64,000 nucleotides of DNA, taken from a bacterium. Its GTDB lineage: Bacteria > Patescibacteriota > Dojkabacteria > SC72. Shown here piece by piece: positions 1-9,888 of the stretch. The notes under the pieces are model-generated. The model saw nothing but the letters and a program-made list of their open reading frames with translations, made no database searches and was not told where the DNA came from. The position numbers and the translations under genes are program-made. Location of the stretch: NCBI GenBank assembly GCA_021463465.1, contig JAJTYH010000003.1:147549-211548 (forward strand), written 5' to 3'. Every line of letters begins with the position of its first letter. The first letter of the stretch is position 1.

Positions 1-801
1 ATATTTAACAAGGCCATTCGTCAAACGTTATTCTTTATTCTTCCTGTGATTGCAATTCTTTTGGTTCTTAGACTCCCGATTGTAAGGTTAGTTTATGGAC
101 TAGAGAGTTGGTGGGGTACAGTTACTACTTCATGGTGCTTGGCGCTTTTAACTTTGGCAATTTTGGCACAATCTGTAGTTCTTATTACATTGAGAGCTTT
201 TTATGCATTGCATGAAACTAAATTGCCTCTGATTGCTACAGGCGTTGCTATCATTGTTAATATTGCTGCGAGTTATTACCTGACGAATTTCTTTAGCCAT
301 TACTTTGACTGGCGACCTATCCTTACCCAGATTTGGACACAGTTAAGTACCTTTAATGATGTAGGGCTTTGGGATGTTATTAAGTCTTTTGGTAGTGATG
401 TAATCAAATGGTCTATGTCTCGAAATAATTCCCCAGCCGCTGTTGGTGGATTAGCCTTAGCTACGAGTTTGGCCTGTCTGACCGAGATGATTATCTCACT
501 GTTTTTGATAAATAAGAAAGTGAAGATATTCACCTACTCTAAAAGTATTAAGCCAGTGCTTCCAATTATTTGGAATACCTGTTTTATGATTTTTGGAATG
601 TATTTTATCTTCAAACTTTCAGATTTCAATCTTGATACTAGTCGGACTGTCTATATAATTGCTTTGGTAATAATCACAACTTTTTACGGTCTAGTCTCGT
701 TTGCGTTGGGTTGTAAGGTATTTAGAATCGGCGAATTTGATATACTCCTTGGTAGGATTAAAGAATATGCTGCCCCTTTTATTAAAAAACTGTTGGGCTA
801 A
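1..801 (+). CDS. murJ: Lipid II flippase MurJ/MviN, C-terminal portion. The reading frame is open from position 1, so the gene starts upstream of the window.
   Basis: Multi-TM protein. The C-terminal motif 'RAFYALHETKLPLIATGVAIIVNIAASYYL' resembles the conserved MurJ C-terminal region. No stop codon occurs in the frame from nt 1. Confidence 0.55.
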   Translation: MFNKAIRQTLFFILPVIAILLVLRLPIVRLVYGLESWWGTVTTSWCLALLTLAILAQSVVLITLRAFYALHETKLPLIATGVAIIVNIAASYYLTNFFSHYFDWRPILTQIWTQLSTFNDVGLWDVIKSFGSDVIKWSMSRNNSPAAVGGLALATSLACLTEMIISLFLINKKVKIFTYSKSIKPVLPIIWNTCFMIFGMYFIFKLSDFNLDTSRTVYIIALVIITTFYGLVSFALGCKVFRIGEFDILLGRIKEYAAPFIKKLLG

Positions 802-1442
802 TGAAAAGCAGAATGCGTTACAAGAAAAAACCTCCTCTTTTAATACTTTCAATCCTTTCGTTACTAATTGTTATTATCCTTTCATGTTTACTGGTTTGGT
901 TAGTATTGTTGCGGGAGTATAAGGCGTGGGAAAAAGATTTTGAAGAAGGCAAAGACGAGGGTAGTTACATAGTGCTCTCCGATACGAGCTTAAGAGATAA
1001 CGCAGAGAAGAAACTTCTGATATTTTCTAAGAGTAACACTAAGGTTGATTTTGTTGAGCTTTCGGATCGTGAATTTCTCTTTCTTATTGGTGAAAGCTTA
1101 AATACATCTTTGCCACTCGGAATTCAGTACAAAAAGGGTTATGTGGAATCAAATAAAGGTTTCTGGGATGTTTATGTACAAACCAACCTTAAGAGTTTTG
1201 AGCTTCCATGGTTGGTATTTAGGCTTCAGAAAGATCAAACTGAGACACCTCAAATTTATGTCGATAGGATGTCGGTGGGAAATTTTGACTTCACTGATTA
1301 TGGAGCAGGGTTGGTGATTAATAAGATTAATAAGGGTATTAATGAGGCAATATTACTCGTGAATGAATCGGACTTTACAGGTAGGGTTTTTCAAAATATT
1401 GAATTGGAAAAGGGAAAAGTTATTATTAAAGGCGAGAAGTAG
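801..1442 (+). CDS. Hypothetical membrane-anchored protein with one N-terminal TM helix
   Basis: 213-aa ORF. Basic N-terminus followed by a hydrophobic segment (LLILSILSLLIVIILSCLLVWLVLL). No recognisable catalytic motif. Confidence 0.4.
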   Translation: MKSRMRYKKKPPLLILSILSLLIVIILSCLLVWLVLLREYKAWEKDFEEGKDEGSYIVLSDTSLRDNAEKKLLIFSKSNTKVDFVELSDREFLFLIGESLNTSLPLGIQYKKGYVESNKGFWDVYVQTNLKSFELPWLVFRLQKDQTETPQIYVDRMSVGNFDFTDYGAGLVINKINKGINEAILLVNESDFTGRVFQNIELEKGKVIIKGEK

Positions 1443-1508
1443 GTCCTGTATAGATTTTATATCGGTTTGGGTGTAAAATTTCTCCACTAAAATTTTAATT
1501 TAGCTTTT

Positions 1509-2051
1509 ATGTCTTTTACTGATACTGACAAAACACCAACTTTGGCATTGGAAACACCTGAGTTGCATACTGCTCTATATTATTTCCCTAACCTAGAACA
1601 GGATCTAAAAACATTACATCAAAGAAAGCTACAGTTAGAGAAGGCTGTTCCTGATATGGACTTAAATGTCTTGATTGATGAATATGCCAAACTATTAGAA
1701 AATAAACCTACTTTGGCGATAAGCAACGTTGGTGAAAAAGAAATCCACATGATATGCTTTTTCCGTATGTTAGACACAGAAATGGGAGTGAAAGCTCAAT
1801 ACCATTCCAGAGTCGGTGGTGAAAGAGGTTTCTATACTGATGCGCCAGGCTCAAAAGAGAAAGCAGTTTCGCTTTTACATTGTAACAAGAGGTTAGGTTA
1901 TACACAAAAGGCTAGAGAGGTCCTAGTCGCCGCAATGGCTTTAACTTTAGGGTTAGGAATGGAAAGTATGTCGCCAGAACAATTTCAAGAAATGCTTGAA
2001 TGTATCCCCCAATTGGAAAATTGTGTTGAAAGCATTGTACCCGAAAAGTAG
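1509..2051 (+). CDS. Hypothetical protein
   Basis: 180-aa ORF. No recognisable motif. Confidence 0.35.
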   Translation: MSFTDTDKTPTLALETPELHTALYYFPNLEQDLKTLHQRKLQLEKAVPDMDLNVLIDEYAKLLENKPTLAISNVGEKEIHMICFFRMLDTEMGVKAQYHSRVGGERGFYTDAPGSKEKAVSLLHCNKRLGYTQKAREVLVAAMALTLGLGMESMSPEQFQEMLECIPQLENCVESIVPEK

Positions 2052-2104
2052 TTTTAATCTTTATCTCGGATCAAGCCTTTTGACACTCGCATTACTTGTG
2101 TCGC

Positions 2105-2133
2105 TTGACAGTTAGCTTTTACACTATTAGAAT
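2105..2133 (+). promoter_or_regulatory. Sigma-70-type promoter for groES-groEL: -35 TTGACA (2105-2110), 17-bp spacer, -10 TAGAAT (2128-2133)
   Basis: Read directly from the sequence. The promoter lies about 50 nt upstream of the groES start. Confidence 0.45.
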
Positions 2134-2159
2134 TGGCAGTTAGTATATTTCTTTGCTAA
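2133..2159. promoter_or_regulatory. CIRCE-like inverted repeat (TTGGCAGTT-N9-CTTTGCTAA) with the 9-9-9 geometry of the HrcA operator
   Basis: Each arm matches the CIRCE consensus (TTAGCACTC-N9-GAGTGCTAA) at 6 of 9 positions, and the spacing is exact. The repeat sits between the -10 element and groES, as canonical CIRCE elements do. Confidence 0.35.
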
Positions 2160-2180
2160 TTAATTTTTGAGCTAATCAAT

Positions 2181-2465
2181 ATGGCTGAAGTAAAATTACA
2201 ACCTTTAGGCAAGCGAATTCTCGTTCAACCCGAAGAAGTCGAAGAGAAGACAGCTGCTGGATTATACATCCCCGCTAATGCAAATGAAGATAAGAAGCCT
2301 GCAAGTGGAAAAGTGCTTAAACTTGGAACTGCAGATAAATCTAAATTCCCTATGAAAGTTGGAGACAGAGTATTTTTTAAGAAGTATTCCCCAGAAGAGA
2401 TGATCGTTGATGGTAATAAGTATCTTATCATCGAGTGCGATGATGTAATTGCCGTAATCGGCTAA
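2181..2465 (+). CDS. groES: Co-chaperonin GroES
   Basis: 'MAEVKLQPLGKRILVQPEEVEEKTAAGLYIP', 94 aa, immediately upstream of groEL. Confidence 0.9.
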   Translation: MAEVKLQPLGKRILVQPEEVEEKTAAGLYIPANANEDKKPASGKVLKLGTADKSKFPMKVGDRVFFKKYSPEEMIVDGNKYLIIECDDVIAVIG

Positions 2466-2470
2466 TTTAA

Positions 2471-4111
<1,641 letters not shown>

Positions 4112-4117
4112 TCATTC

Positions 4118-4612
4118 TTATCCGAAGATGAAGGCGCGTAGGCGACCGTAGCCTGCGCGCTTTGCTATATGTTTCCAATTAGTTTCGAGCCAGAGATTCG
4201 AAGCCGCATACATTTTCCCAAGACCTCTTTTTTCTAACTCTTTTTCCACGACCCTTCCTTTGTGAGGATGTTCGACGGAACGCTGAAGTGGAGAGTGAAA
4301 ACCGTGAGTGTAATGAACAAGCTCATGAGCAATTGTCGCGTCAATAAGCATCTCAGGCACATCTTCACTTTTAAAAAGAGAAGTTATAGTAATTATTGAG
4401 ATTCTTTTATCATCTACAATTCTATATTCATCAAGCTTCTTTAACATCAAAGTCTTGATTTTGGCTCTAGGTGAAGCCCATTTGATTGATCCTAACTGTC
4501 TGGATGAACCTTTACCGAATTTGATTAGAACGAGGTTATGTCTAGGGACGTCGGTAAAGAAGTTTTCCCATATGAAATAGAGTCTTTGTTCGAGGTATAC
4601 GTTATCTCTCAT
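4118..4612 (-). CDS. DUF45/YgjP-like zinc metallohydrolase
   Basis: HEXXH-containing motif 'AHELVHYTHGFHSP', typical of the YgjP/DUF45 (SprT-like) family. 164 aa. Confidence 0.6.
   Translation of the reverse strand: MRDNVYLEQRLYFIWENFFTDVPRHNLVLIKFGKGSSRQLGSIKWASPRAKIKTLMLKKLDEYRIVDDKRISIITITSLFKSEDVPEMLIDATIAHELVHYTHGFHSPLQRSVEHPHKGRVVEKELEKRGLGKMYAASNLWLETNWKHIAKRAGYGRLRAFIFG
4133..4163. terminator. GC-rich hairpin (GGCGCGTAGGC / GCCTGCGCGC, one G-U wobble) followed by TTT, directly after the groEL stop
   Basis: Seen in the sequence. It overlaps the last codons of the convergent minus-strand DUF45 gene, so it could be a bidirectional terminator sitting in the 3' end of that CDS. Confidence 0.3.
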
Positions 4613-6361
4613 ATGATATTATATATCCAATATATGATACTGCCTAAACTTCGTGTTCTCACAAGAACTTTAAAATTTGTATACGATGGTAGAAAATGGT
4701 CAGTTTTGTCGAGAGAATTACTGTTAATCGTTGGTGTGTTTATAGATCTGTACAGCATTACTTTGTGGGGTAAATTCATTGATACTACTGGAGAATTTTT
4801 TCTAACTGGAACCAAGTTTATCCTTAAAGATTACTTTATATCTGATTCTTTTTTCTATTTAGCGTTGGCAACTGGATGTTGGTTGCTTTCTTTCTCAATA
4901 ATAAGACTGAGGAACTTTTTGGCAGAGGATATTCATCAGCACTTAAACTTTGCTGCCAGAACAGTCTTCTTTGAGAAGATTGCTAAATCTAATCTCGAAG
5001 ATATTGAATCCAAGGATTTTCGGGACCTTATGACGTTCACTGACTATTTTGGTCCTGCTAATCTGTGGAGTACTTACTCCACATTTACCTTAATTGTTAA
5101 AAATTTGGTGACAGGTATATCGGCATTAGCCATTCTGTCAAGCAATGTTGGACTTTGGTCACTTGCCATTGTTGTCATGGTTCTTCCTGAGACAGTTTTT
5201 GGCTATTTAGGGAGAAAGAAGATCAAGCATTATCACGATAAAAAAGTTGAGAGAATGAAGTGGACAAACTATGTAGAGAATCTGATGACACGAATTAATA
5301 CATTCCAGGAGATGAAAGTTGACGGAACTTTCACAAGTATTAAAAAAGAATACGGAGAAAAAACCTTTAGCTCTATGAGTGACGTTTTAGATTTAAATAA
5401 ACACCTGTATATCGATACGACATTCTTTTCTGTAATAGGAAAAGTATTGTTTACAATCTTTACTATCCTTATGCTCGCAGTGGCTATGGCTAAAAGTTTC
5501 ACCATTGGTTCTTTTAAAGCCATGTACGATTATTCATTAACCATCTACATGTCTTTTTATGATGTGTTTGATATGTCTTTTAACATCTTTAATTTTCTTG
5601 AATACAACGATAAGTTTTTTAAATTCAATGACTTCCAAGGTTTTGGAGATGCTGTTCATGGAGAGAAGACCTTGGGTACGAATGTACCTTCCCTGGAATT
5701 TAAGGGCATGGATTTTGAATATCCGGATGGTACTGATAAGGTGTTGGAGAATCTTAACATGAGAATTGAGCCAGGTGAAAAGGTTATGATTATAGGGGAT
5801 GATGGCAGTGGTAAATCAACCCTTATTAAAATCCTGTGTGGATTGTACAGAGTTATCGTAGGAGATTTCGAGGTTGGCGGTTACTCTATTCGAGAATTGG
5901 GCAGGGGACAACTGAAACATAAAGTATCGGTAGTTTTTCAAGATTTCGTGAACTACAACACGTCACTCAAAAAAAATATAACGATGTCCTCAGAGGGTAG
6001 TAGAATTAATCACGCCGTTTATGAGCAGGTACTTAAAATTTCTGGAGTTGATAAATTAATGAAGCATTTTGATATCTCTGAAAATCAAATTTTGGGGAAA
6101 TATACCGCAAGAGGAAAAGATGTATCTCCGGGTTTCTGGCAGCGTTTGGCTATTGCTCGTATGCTGTACCGTAATCGCCAAATCTTTATTCTTGACGAGC
6201 CTTTTACCTACATTGACGATGGGGAAGAAGATAGGATTCTTAAAGAGCTAATGGATTTTGTTGGTGACAAAACTGTTATATACATTACTAGGGATAGTCG
6301 TCATAAAAAATACTTTGATAAAATATATCACTTGAAAAAAGGTAAACTTTTTAAAATCTAA
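4613..6361 (+). CDS. ABC transporter, fused permease-ATPase half-transporter (type I exporter) with degenerate signature and H-loop. The start is uncertain.
   Basis: Walker A 'GDDGSGKST'. Signature degenerated to 'VSPGFWQ'. Walker B 'IFILDEP'. The H-loop position is 'ITRDS', with no His. An N-terminal multi-TM domain is present. The longest ORF begins at 4538 but would overlap the divergent DUF45 gene. In-frame ATGs at 4613 and 4634 are more plausible starts. Confidence 0.7.
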   Translation: MILYIQYMILPKLRVLTRTLKFVYDGRKWSVLSRELLLIVGVFIDLYSITLWGKFIDTTGEFFLTGTKFILKDYFISDSFFYLALATGCWLLSFSIIRLRNFLAEDIHQHLNFAARTVFFEKIAKSNLEDIESKDFRDLMTFTDYFGPANLWSTYSTFTLIVKNLVTGISALAILSSNVGLWSLAIVVMVLPETVFGYLGRKKIKHYHDKKVERMKWTNYVENLMTRINTFQEMKVDGTFTSIKKEYGEKTFSSMSDVLDLNKHLYIDTTFFSVIGKVLFTIFTILMLAVAMAKSFTIGSFKAMYDYSLTIYMSFYDVFDMSFNIFNFLEYNDKFFKFNDFQGFGDAVHGEKTLGTNVPSLEFKGMDFEYPDGTDKVLENLNMRIEPGEKVMIIGDDGSGKSTLIKILCGLYRVIVGDFEVGGYSIRELGRGQLKHKVSVVFQDFVNYNTSLKKNITMSSEGSRINHAVYEQVLKISGVDKLMKHFDISENQILGKYTARGKDVSPGFWQRLAIARMLYRNRQIFILDEPFTYIDDGEEDRILKELMDFVGDKTVIYITRDSRHKKYFDKIYHLKKGKLFKI

Positions 6362-7006
6362 ATGGTTGAACTTCTGCTTTGGGGAATAGTTATAGCGGGG
6401 TATCTGTTAGCCCTTTATCTTGTCTACCGTACAATTGTTTTTGGACTTTCACTTTCGCGCGAGGCACCTTTTGTGCCTTCAAACCTCAAACTTGCAACTG
6501 AAGCACTTAGACTACTAGGTATTAAGAAGGGTGATCAATTTATTGATATAGGGTCAGGTGTTGGAATGGTGGTTTTTCTTGCTTCGAAATTGAGCAAAGG
6601 AGTTGCCACATACTCTGGCATTGAGCAGAGTAAGGCTTTAACTCTTCAGTCTAAAATTAAGCAGGTTTTTTCTCGCTATAATAAGCAAATCTCCTTTGTA
6701 AATGGTGATGCTCTGGTATATAATTACACAGGTTTTAACGAAGTGTATCTGTATATGACTACTCATATGACAGACATGTTGATGCATAACCTATCCAAAC
6801 AACTTCCCGCAAACGCCAAGGTTGTTTCAGTGGCATTTGGTATGGGTTCTTTTATGAAATCTCATAAAGTAGAGGTTCATAAGGTTGTTATGGGAGACAA
6901 GGAGCATAACTTGTATTTATGGAAAAATGGAAATTCTGTACGGAAAACCGGTAGCAGACAGAATACTAAGCCGTATAAGTCAAGAAATAAAAAGTCTAGA
7001 AATTAA
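6362..7006 (+). CDS. Membrane-anchored class I SAM-dependent methyltransferase-like protein
   Basis: N-terminal TM helix, then the motif 'IDIGSGVGMVVFLA' (the GxGxG motif I of Rossmann-fold methyltransferases). Confidence 0.45.
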   Translation: MVELLLWGIVIAGYLLALYLVYRTIVFGLSLSREAPFVPSNLKLATEALRLLGIKKGDQFIDIGSGVGMVVFLASKLSKGVATYSGIEQSKALTLQSKIKQVFSRYNKQISFVNGDALVYNYTGFNEVYLYMTTHMTDMLMHNLSKQLPANAKVVSVAFGMGSFMKSHKVEVHKVVMGDKEHNLYLWKNGNSVRKTGSRQNTKPYKSRNKKSRN

Positions 7007-7766
7007 ACCTCAGTTAGACATTGTTCTTGTAGGTTCAAATCTTCCTAGCGAGAAATATGTGAAAATGAAGATGGAAAAAGCTGCCTTTATAGGTATTGAA
7101 ACTGTACTTCATCGTTTTGAAGAGGATGTCACTGAAGAAGTCTTAATAGATGAAGTGCTCCGGCTAAATGAAGCTCCTGAAGTTAATGGAATCATGGTCC
7201 AGATGCCTCTACCAAAAGGAATAGAAGTTTCAAGAGTGTTGGAAATAATTCGTCCAGTTAAGGATGTTGACGGTTTGAATATCCCATCCTTAAAAGAAAG
7301 CTTAACTGTTCCGGCGGAGAGGCACTTTCCTGCAACTGCAAAAGCTGTGATGGAGATTCTCACTTATTACAATGTGCCATTGAAAGGTAAGGTAGTTGTG
7401 GTTTTGGGATCAAGTTTGTATGTTGGTCGTCCAGTTGCAGCGGGTTTGTTATACGAGGGAGCGGAAGTAAATCTATGTGACATAAATACTGGTAATAACG
7501 ACTCTAAAATCCGTAGCGCAGATGTAGTGGTAAGTTGTACGGGAGTGTATGGAATCGTATCTGAAAAGAATGCTAAACCAGGAAGCGTGATTATTGATGT
7601 GGGAATAAACTTTATAGAGGGTAAGATGGTTGGTGATGTTGACTACACTTCGGTGACAGGTCTTTGTGCTGCGATAAGCCCTGTTCCTGGAGGAGTTGGT
7701 CCTGTAACAATCGCTTGCCTACTCTCTAATACTTTAAAGGCATATAAACAGCAGAATGAGCTTTGA
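6927..7766 (+). CDS. folD: Bifunctional methylenetetrahydrofolate dehydrogenase/cyclohydrolase FolD
   Basis: 'MEILYGKPVADRI...KMKMEKAAFIGIETVLHRFEEDVTEEVLIDEVLRLNEAPEVNGIMVQMPLP' and a C-terminal 'PVPGGVGPVT'. I chose the start at the internal Met at 6927. The ORF track begins at 6885. Confidence 0.85.
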   Translation: MEILYGKPVADRILSRISQEIKSLEIKPQLDIVLVGSNLPSEKYVKMKMEKAAFIGIETVLHRFEEDVTEEVLIDEVLRLNEAPEVNGIMVQMPLPKGIEVSRVLEIIRPVKDVDGLNIPSLKESLTVPAERHFPATAKAVMEILTYYNVPLKGKVVVVLGSSLYVGRPVAAGLLYEGAEVNLCDINTGNNDSKIRSADVVVSCTGVYGIVSEKNAKPGSVIIDVGINFIEGKMVGDVDYTSVTGLCAAISPVPGGVGPVTIACLLSNTLKAYKQQNEL

Positions 7767-8955
7767 TATAAATCAAATAAAAAATCAGTTCCCTTTATTA
7801 AAAGGCAATCCCGACCTAGTCTATTTGGATAGCGCCTCAACTACGCACAAACCCAAAGTGGTACTCAATGCTATGAACGATTTTTATATCAGTTCAAATG
7901 CGAATGTTCACAGAGGATTGTACGACTTATCTCATAAAGCCGATACATCCTGGATTGATGCACACAGAAAAGTAGCTCAGTTTATTAATGCCTTGCCTGA
8001 GGAAGTTTTCTTCGTAAAGAATGCAACTGAAGGTATAAACTGGTTTGCTCAAACTGCCAGAGATCAAATATTAAAAGAAGGTGATGTAGTTGTAATTACG
8101 CAGATGGAACACCACAGCAATATCCTTCCATGGTCAGCTATTCAACAGAGATTAGATATTCAACTAGAAAGACTAATGCTAAATAAAGATAGTAGAGTGG
8201 ATCTGGATCATCTAACTGAACTGTTTGGAAAGTATGGAGAAAGAATTAAGATTATATCGTTAGCCCATATGTCCAATGTGTTAGGTGTAACTAACGATGT
8301 TAAGTCTATTACTAAACTTGCTCGTAAGTATGGAGCAATGGTTCTGGTGGATGGGACTCAGAGTGTTGCACACCTGTCAGTAGATGTTAAAGAGTTAGAT
8401 TGTGATATTTTTGTATTTTCAGGTCACAAGATGTATGGACCTACAGGTATAGGAGTAGTATATGGGAAAAGAAATATATTAGAAAATTTAGATCCTGTAT
8501 GGCAGGGTGGTGAGATGGTAGATAATGTTTCGGAAAATGTAGTGTTCAAAAATTTACCATGGAAGTTTGAGGCAGGTACTCCGAATATTGCTGGTGGTAT
8601 CGGATTGGCTAAAGCTGCAGAGTGGTTAAATTCAATTGAAGGACGCTTTGAATATGAGAAAGAACTCTCAAACTATCTTTACTTAGCAATATCAAAGCAT
8701 CCTTCTTCAGTGAAAGTGTTATCACAACCTTCTTCAATTTTATCTTTTGTTATGGATGGTGTTCATGCTCACGATATTGCAAGTGAGTTTAACGAATTAG
8801 GAATTTGCATACGATCTGGATACCACTGCGCTCAACCTCTTCATGAAAAGTTGAAAATTAAAGGTAGTGCCCGAGTTAGCTTAGGGATATACAACACCAA
8901 AGGCGATGTCGACAAGTTTATTCAAGGCTTAGATCAGTTAAAGAGATATGAATAA
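7756..8955 (+). CDS. sufS: Cysteine desulfurase SufS (class V aminotransferase)
   Basis: 'LVYLDSASTTHKP', 'NANVHRGLYDLSHKA', PLP-lysine region 'FSGHKMYGPTGIGVVYG', active-site Cys in 'RSGYHCAQPL'. Confidence 0.85.
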   Translation: MSFDINQIKNQFPLLKGNPDLVYLDSASTTHKPKVVLNAMNDFYISSNANVHRGLYDLSHKADTSWIDAHRKVAQFINALPEEVFFVKNATEGINWFAQTARDQILKEGDVVVITQMEHHSNILPWSAIQQRLDIQLERLMLNKDSRVDLDHLTELFGKYGERIKIISLAHMSNVLGVTNDVKSITKLARKYGAMVLVDGTQSVAHLSVDVKELDCDIFVFSGHKMYGPTGIGVVYGKRNILENLDPVWQGGEMVDNVSENVVFKNLPWKFEAGTPNIAGGIGLAKAAEWLNSIEGRFEYEKELSNYLYLAISKHPSSVKVLSQPSSILSFVMDGVHAHDIASEFNELGICIRSGYHCAQPLHEKLKIKGSARVSLGIYNTKGDVDKFIQGLDQLKRYE

Positions 8956-9304
8956 AGATTTGGTAATAAGCAGGTATAAAAATCCTAAAAATTTCGGCGT
9001 AATTAAGGACTCTTTAGTGGGCGAATCGGTTAACTACTCTTGTGGAGACGAGATTAAGGTTTCAATTAAACAGACAGATGGTGAAGTAAAAGAGTGCAAA
9101 TTCAATGGAACGGGTTGTTCAATATGTATTGCTTCTACTGATTTGCTACTTGATTCTATTAAAAATAAAAAAACTAATGAGGTCCTTAACCTTCCAAATT
9201 CTTATATATTCAACCTGATTGGGATGGAATCCGAGAGTGCTCGCTGGCGCTGCGCAACTCTGGGACTGGAAGCTGTTAAGAGCGCTCTTCATAGTGTAAA
9301 ATAA
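8948..9304 (+). CDS. sufU: Fe-S cluster scaffold SufU/IscU-like (NifU N-terminal domain)
   Basis: Conserved Cys and Asp ligands: 'CGDEIKVSI', 'GTGCSICIAS', 'RWRCATLGLEA'. It overlaps the sufS stop. Confidence 0.7.
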   Translation: MNKDLVISRYKNPKNFGVIKDSLVGESVNYSCGDEIKVSIKQTDGEVKECKFNGTGCSICIASTDLLLDSIKNKKTNEVLNLPNSYIFNLIGMESESARWRCATLGLEAVKSALHSVK

Positions 9305-9312
9305 GCGTTGTT

Positions 9313-9879
9313 ATGATATTTTTAGATATTGAAACTAAAGCTGTAGAGAACTTTGACTTCAGTAAACTGAATGAGTTTCAAATTTCATATACTGGAGTTA
9401 TTGATGATAATGGTAATGAGGTTGATTTTTGGGAAGAGGACATACCTAAACTCAAACCTATTTTAGAGGCAACTGATTGGATTGTTGGTTACAACAGCAT
9501 CAGTTTCGATTTGCCTGTTATTGCCAATTACCTCGGGACGGAAGTAAACGAGTTGCCACAGATTGATTTGATGGTGGCAGTTCATAAACAGATTGGATTT
9601 CGACCTAAGTTAGACGATCTGGTGTCGGCTACTTTGGGTAGGAGCAAAATCGGAAAAGGGCTTGATGCAACTATTTATTGGGCTAATGGGGAACTTGATA
9701 AACTAAGGGAGTACTGTATGGAAGATGTCCGACTGACTCGAGATTTGTATGAATTTGGGAAGAAAAACGGTTATGTGAATTACTATGATAAGCAGGGCTT
9801 CGTTAGGCAAACCAAAGTTGACTGGGAATTAGGTAAGAAAGTGAAAAAACCAGTTGAACAAAACCTCTCACTCTTCTAA
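9313..9879 (+). CDS. Stand-alone DEDDy 3'-5' exonuclease (RNase H-like fold, PolB-exonuclease-related / YprB-like)
   Basis: Exo I 'FLDIET', Exo II 'GYNSISFDLPVI', Exo III 'YCMEDVRLTRDLY'. Confidence 0.6.
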   Translation: MIFLDIETKAVENFDFSKLNEFQISYTGVIDDNGNEVDFWEEDIPKLKPILEATDWIVGYNSISFDLPVIANYLGTEVNELPQIDLMVAVHKQIGFRPKLDDLVSATLGRSKIGKGLDATIYWANGELDKLREYCMEDVRLTRDLYEFGKKNGYVNYYDKQGFVRQTKVDWELGKKVKKPVEQNLSLF

Positions 9880-9888
9880 TATACTTAT

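Noticed and set aside
300-922. ORFs 300..533 (-) and 701..922 (+) overlapping murJ and the next gene
   Set aside because: They are embedded in or overlap better-supported membrane-protein genes, and they have no RBS or motif.
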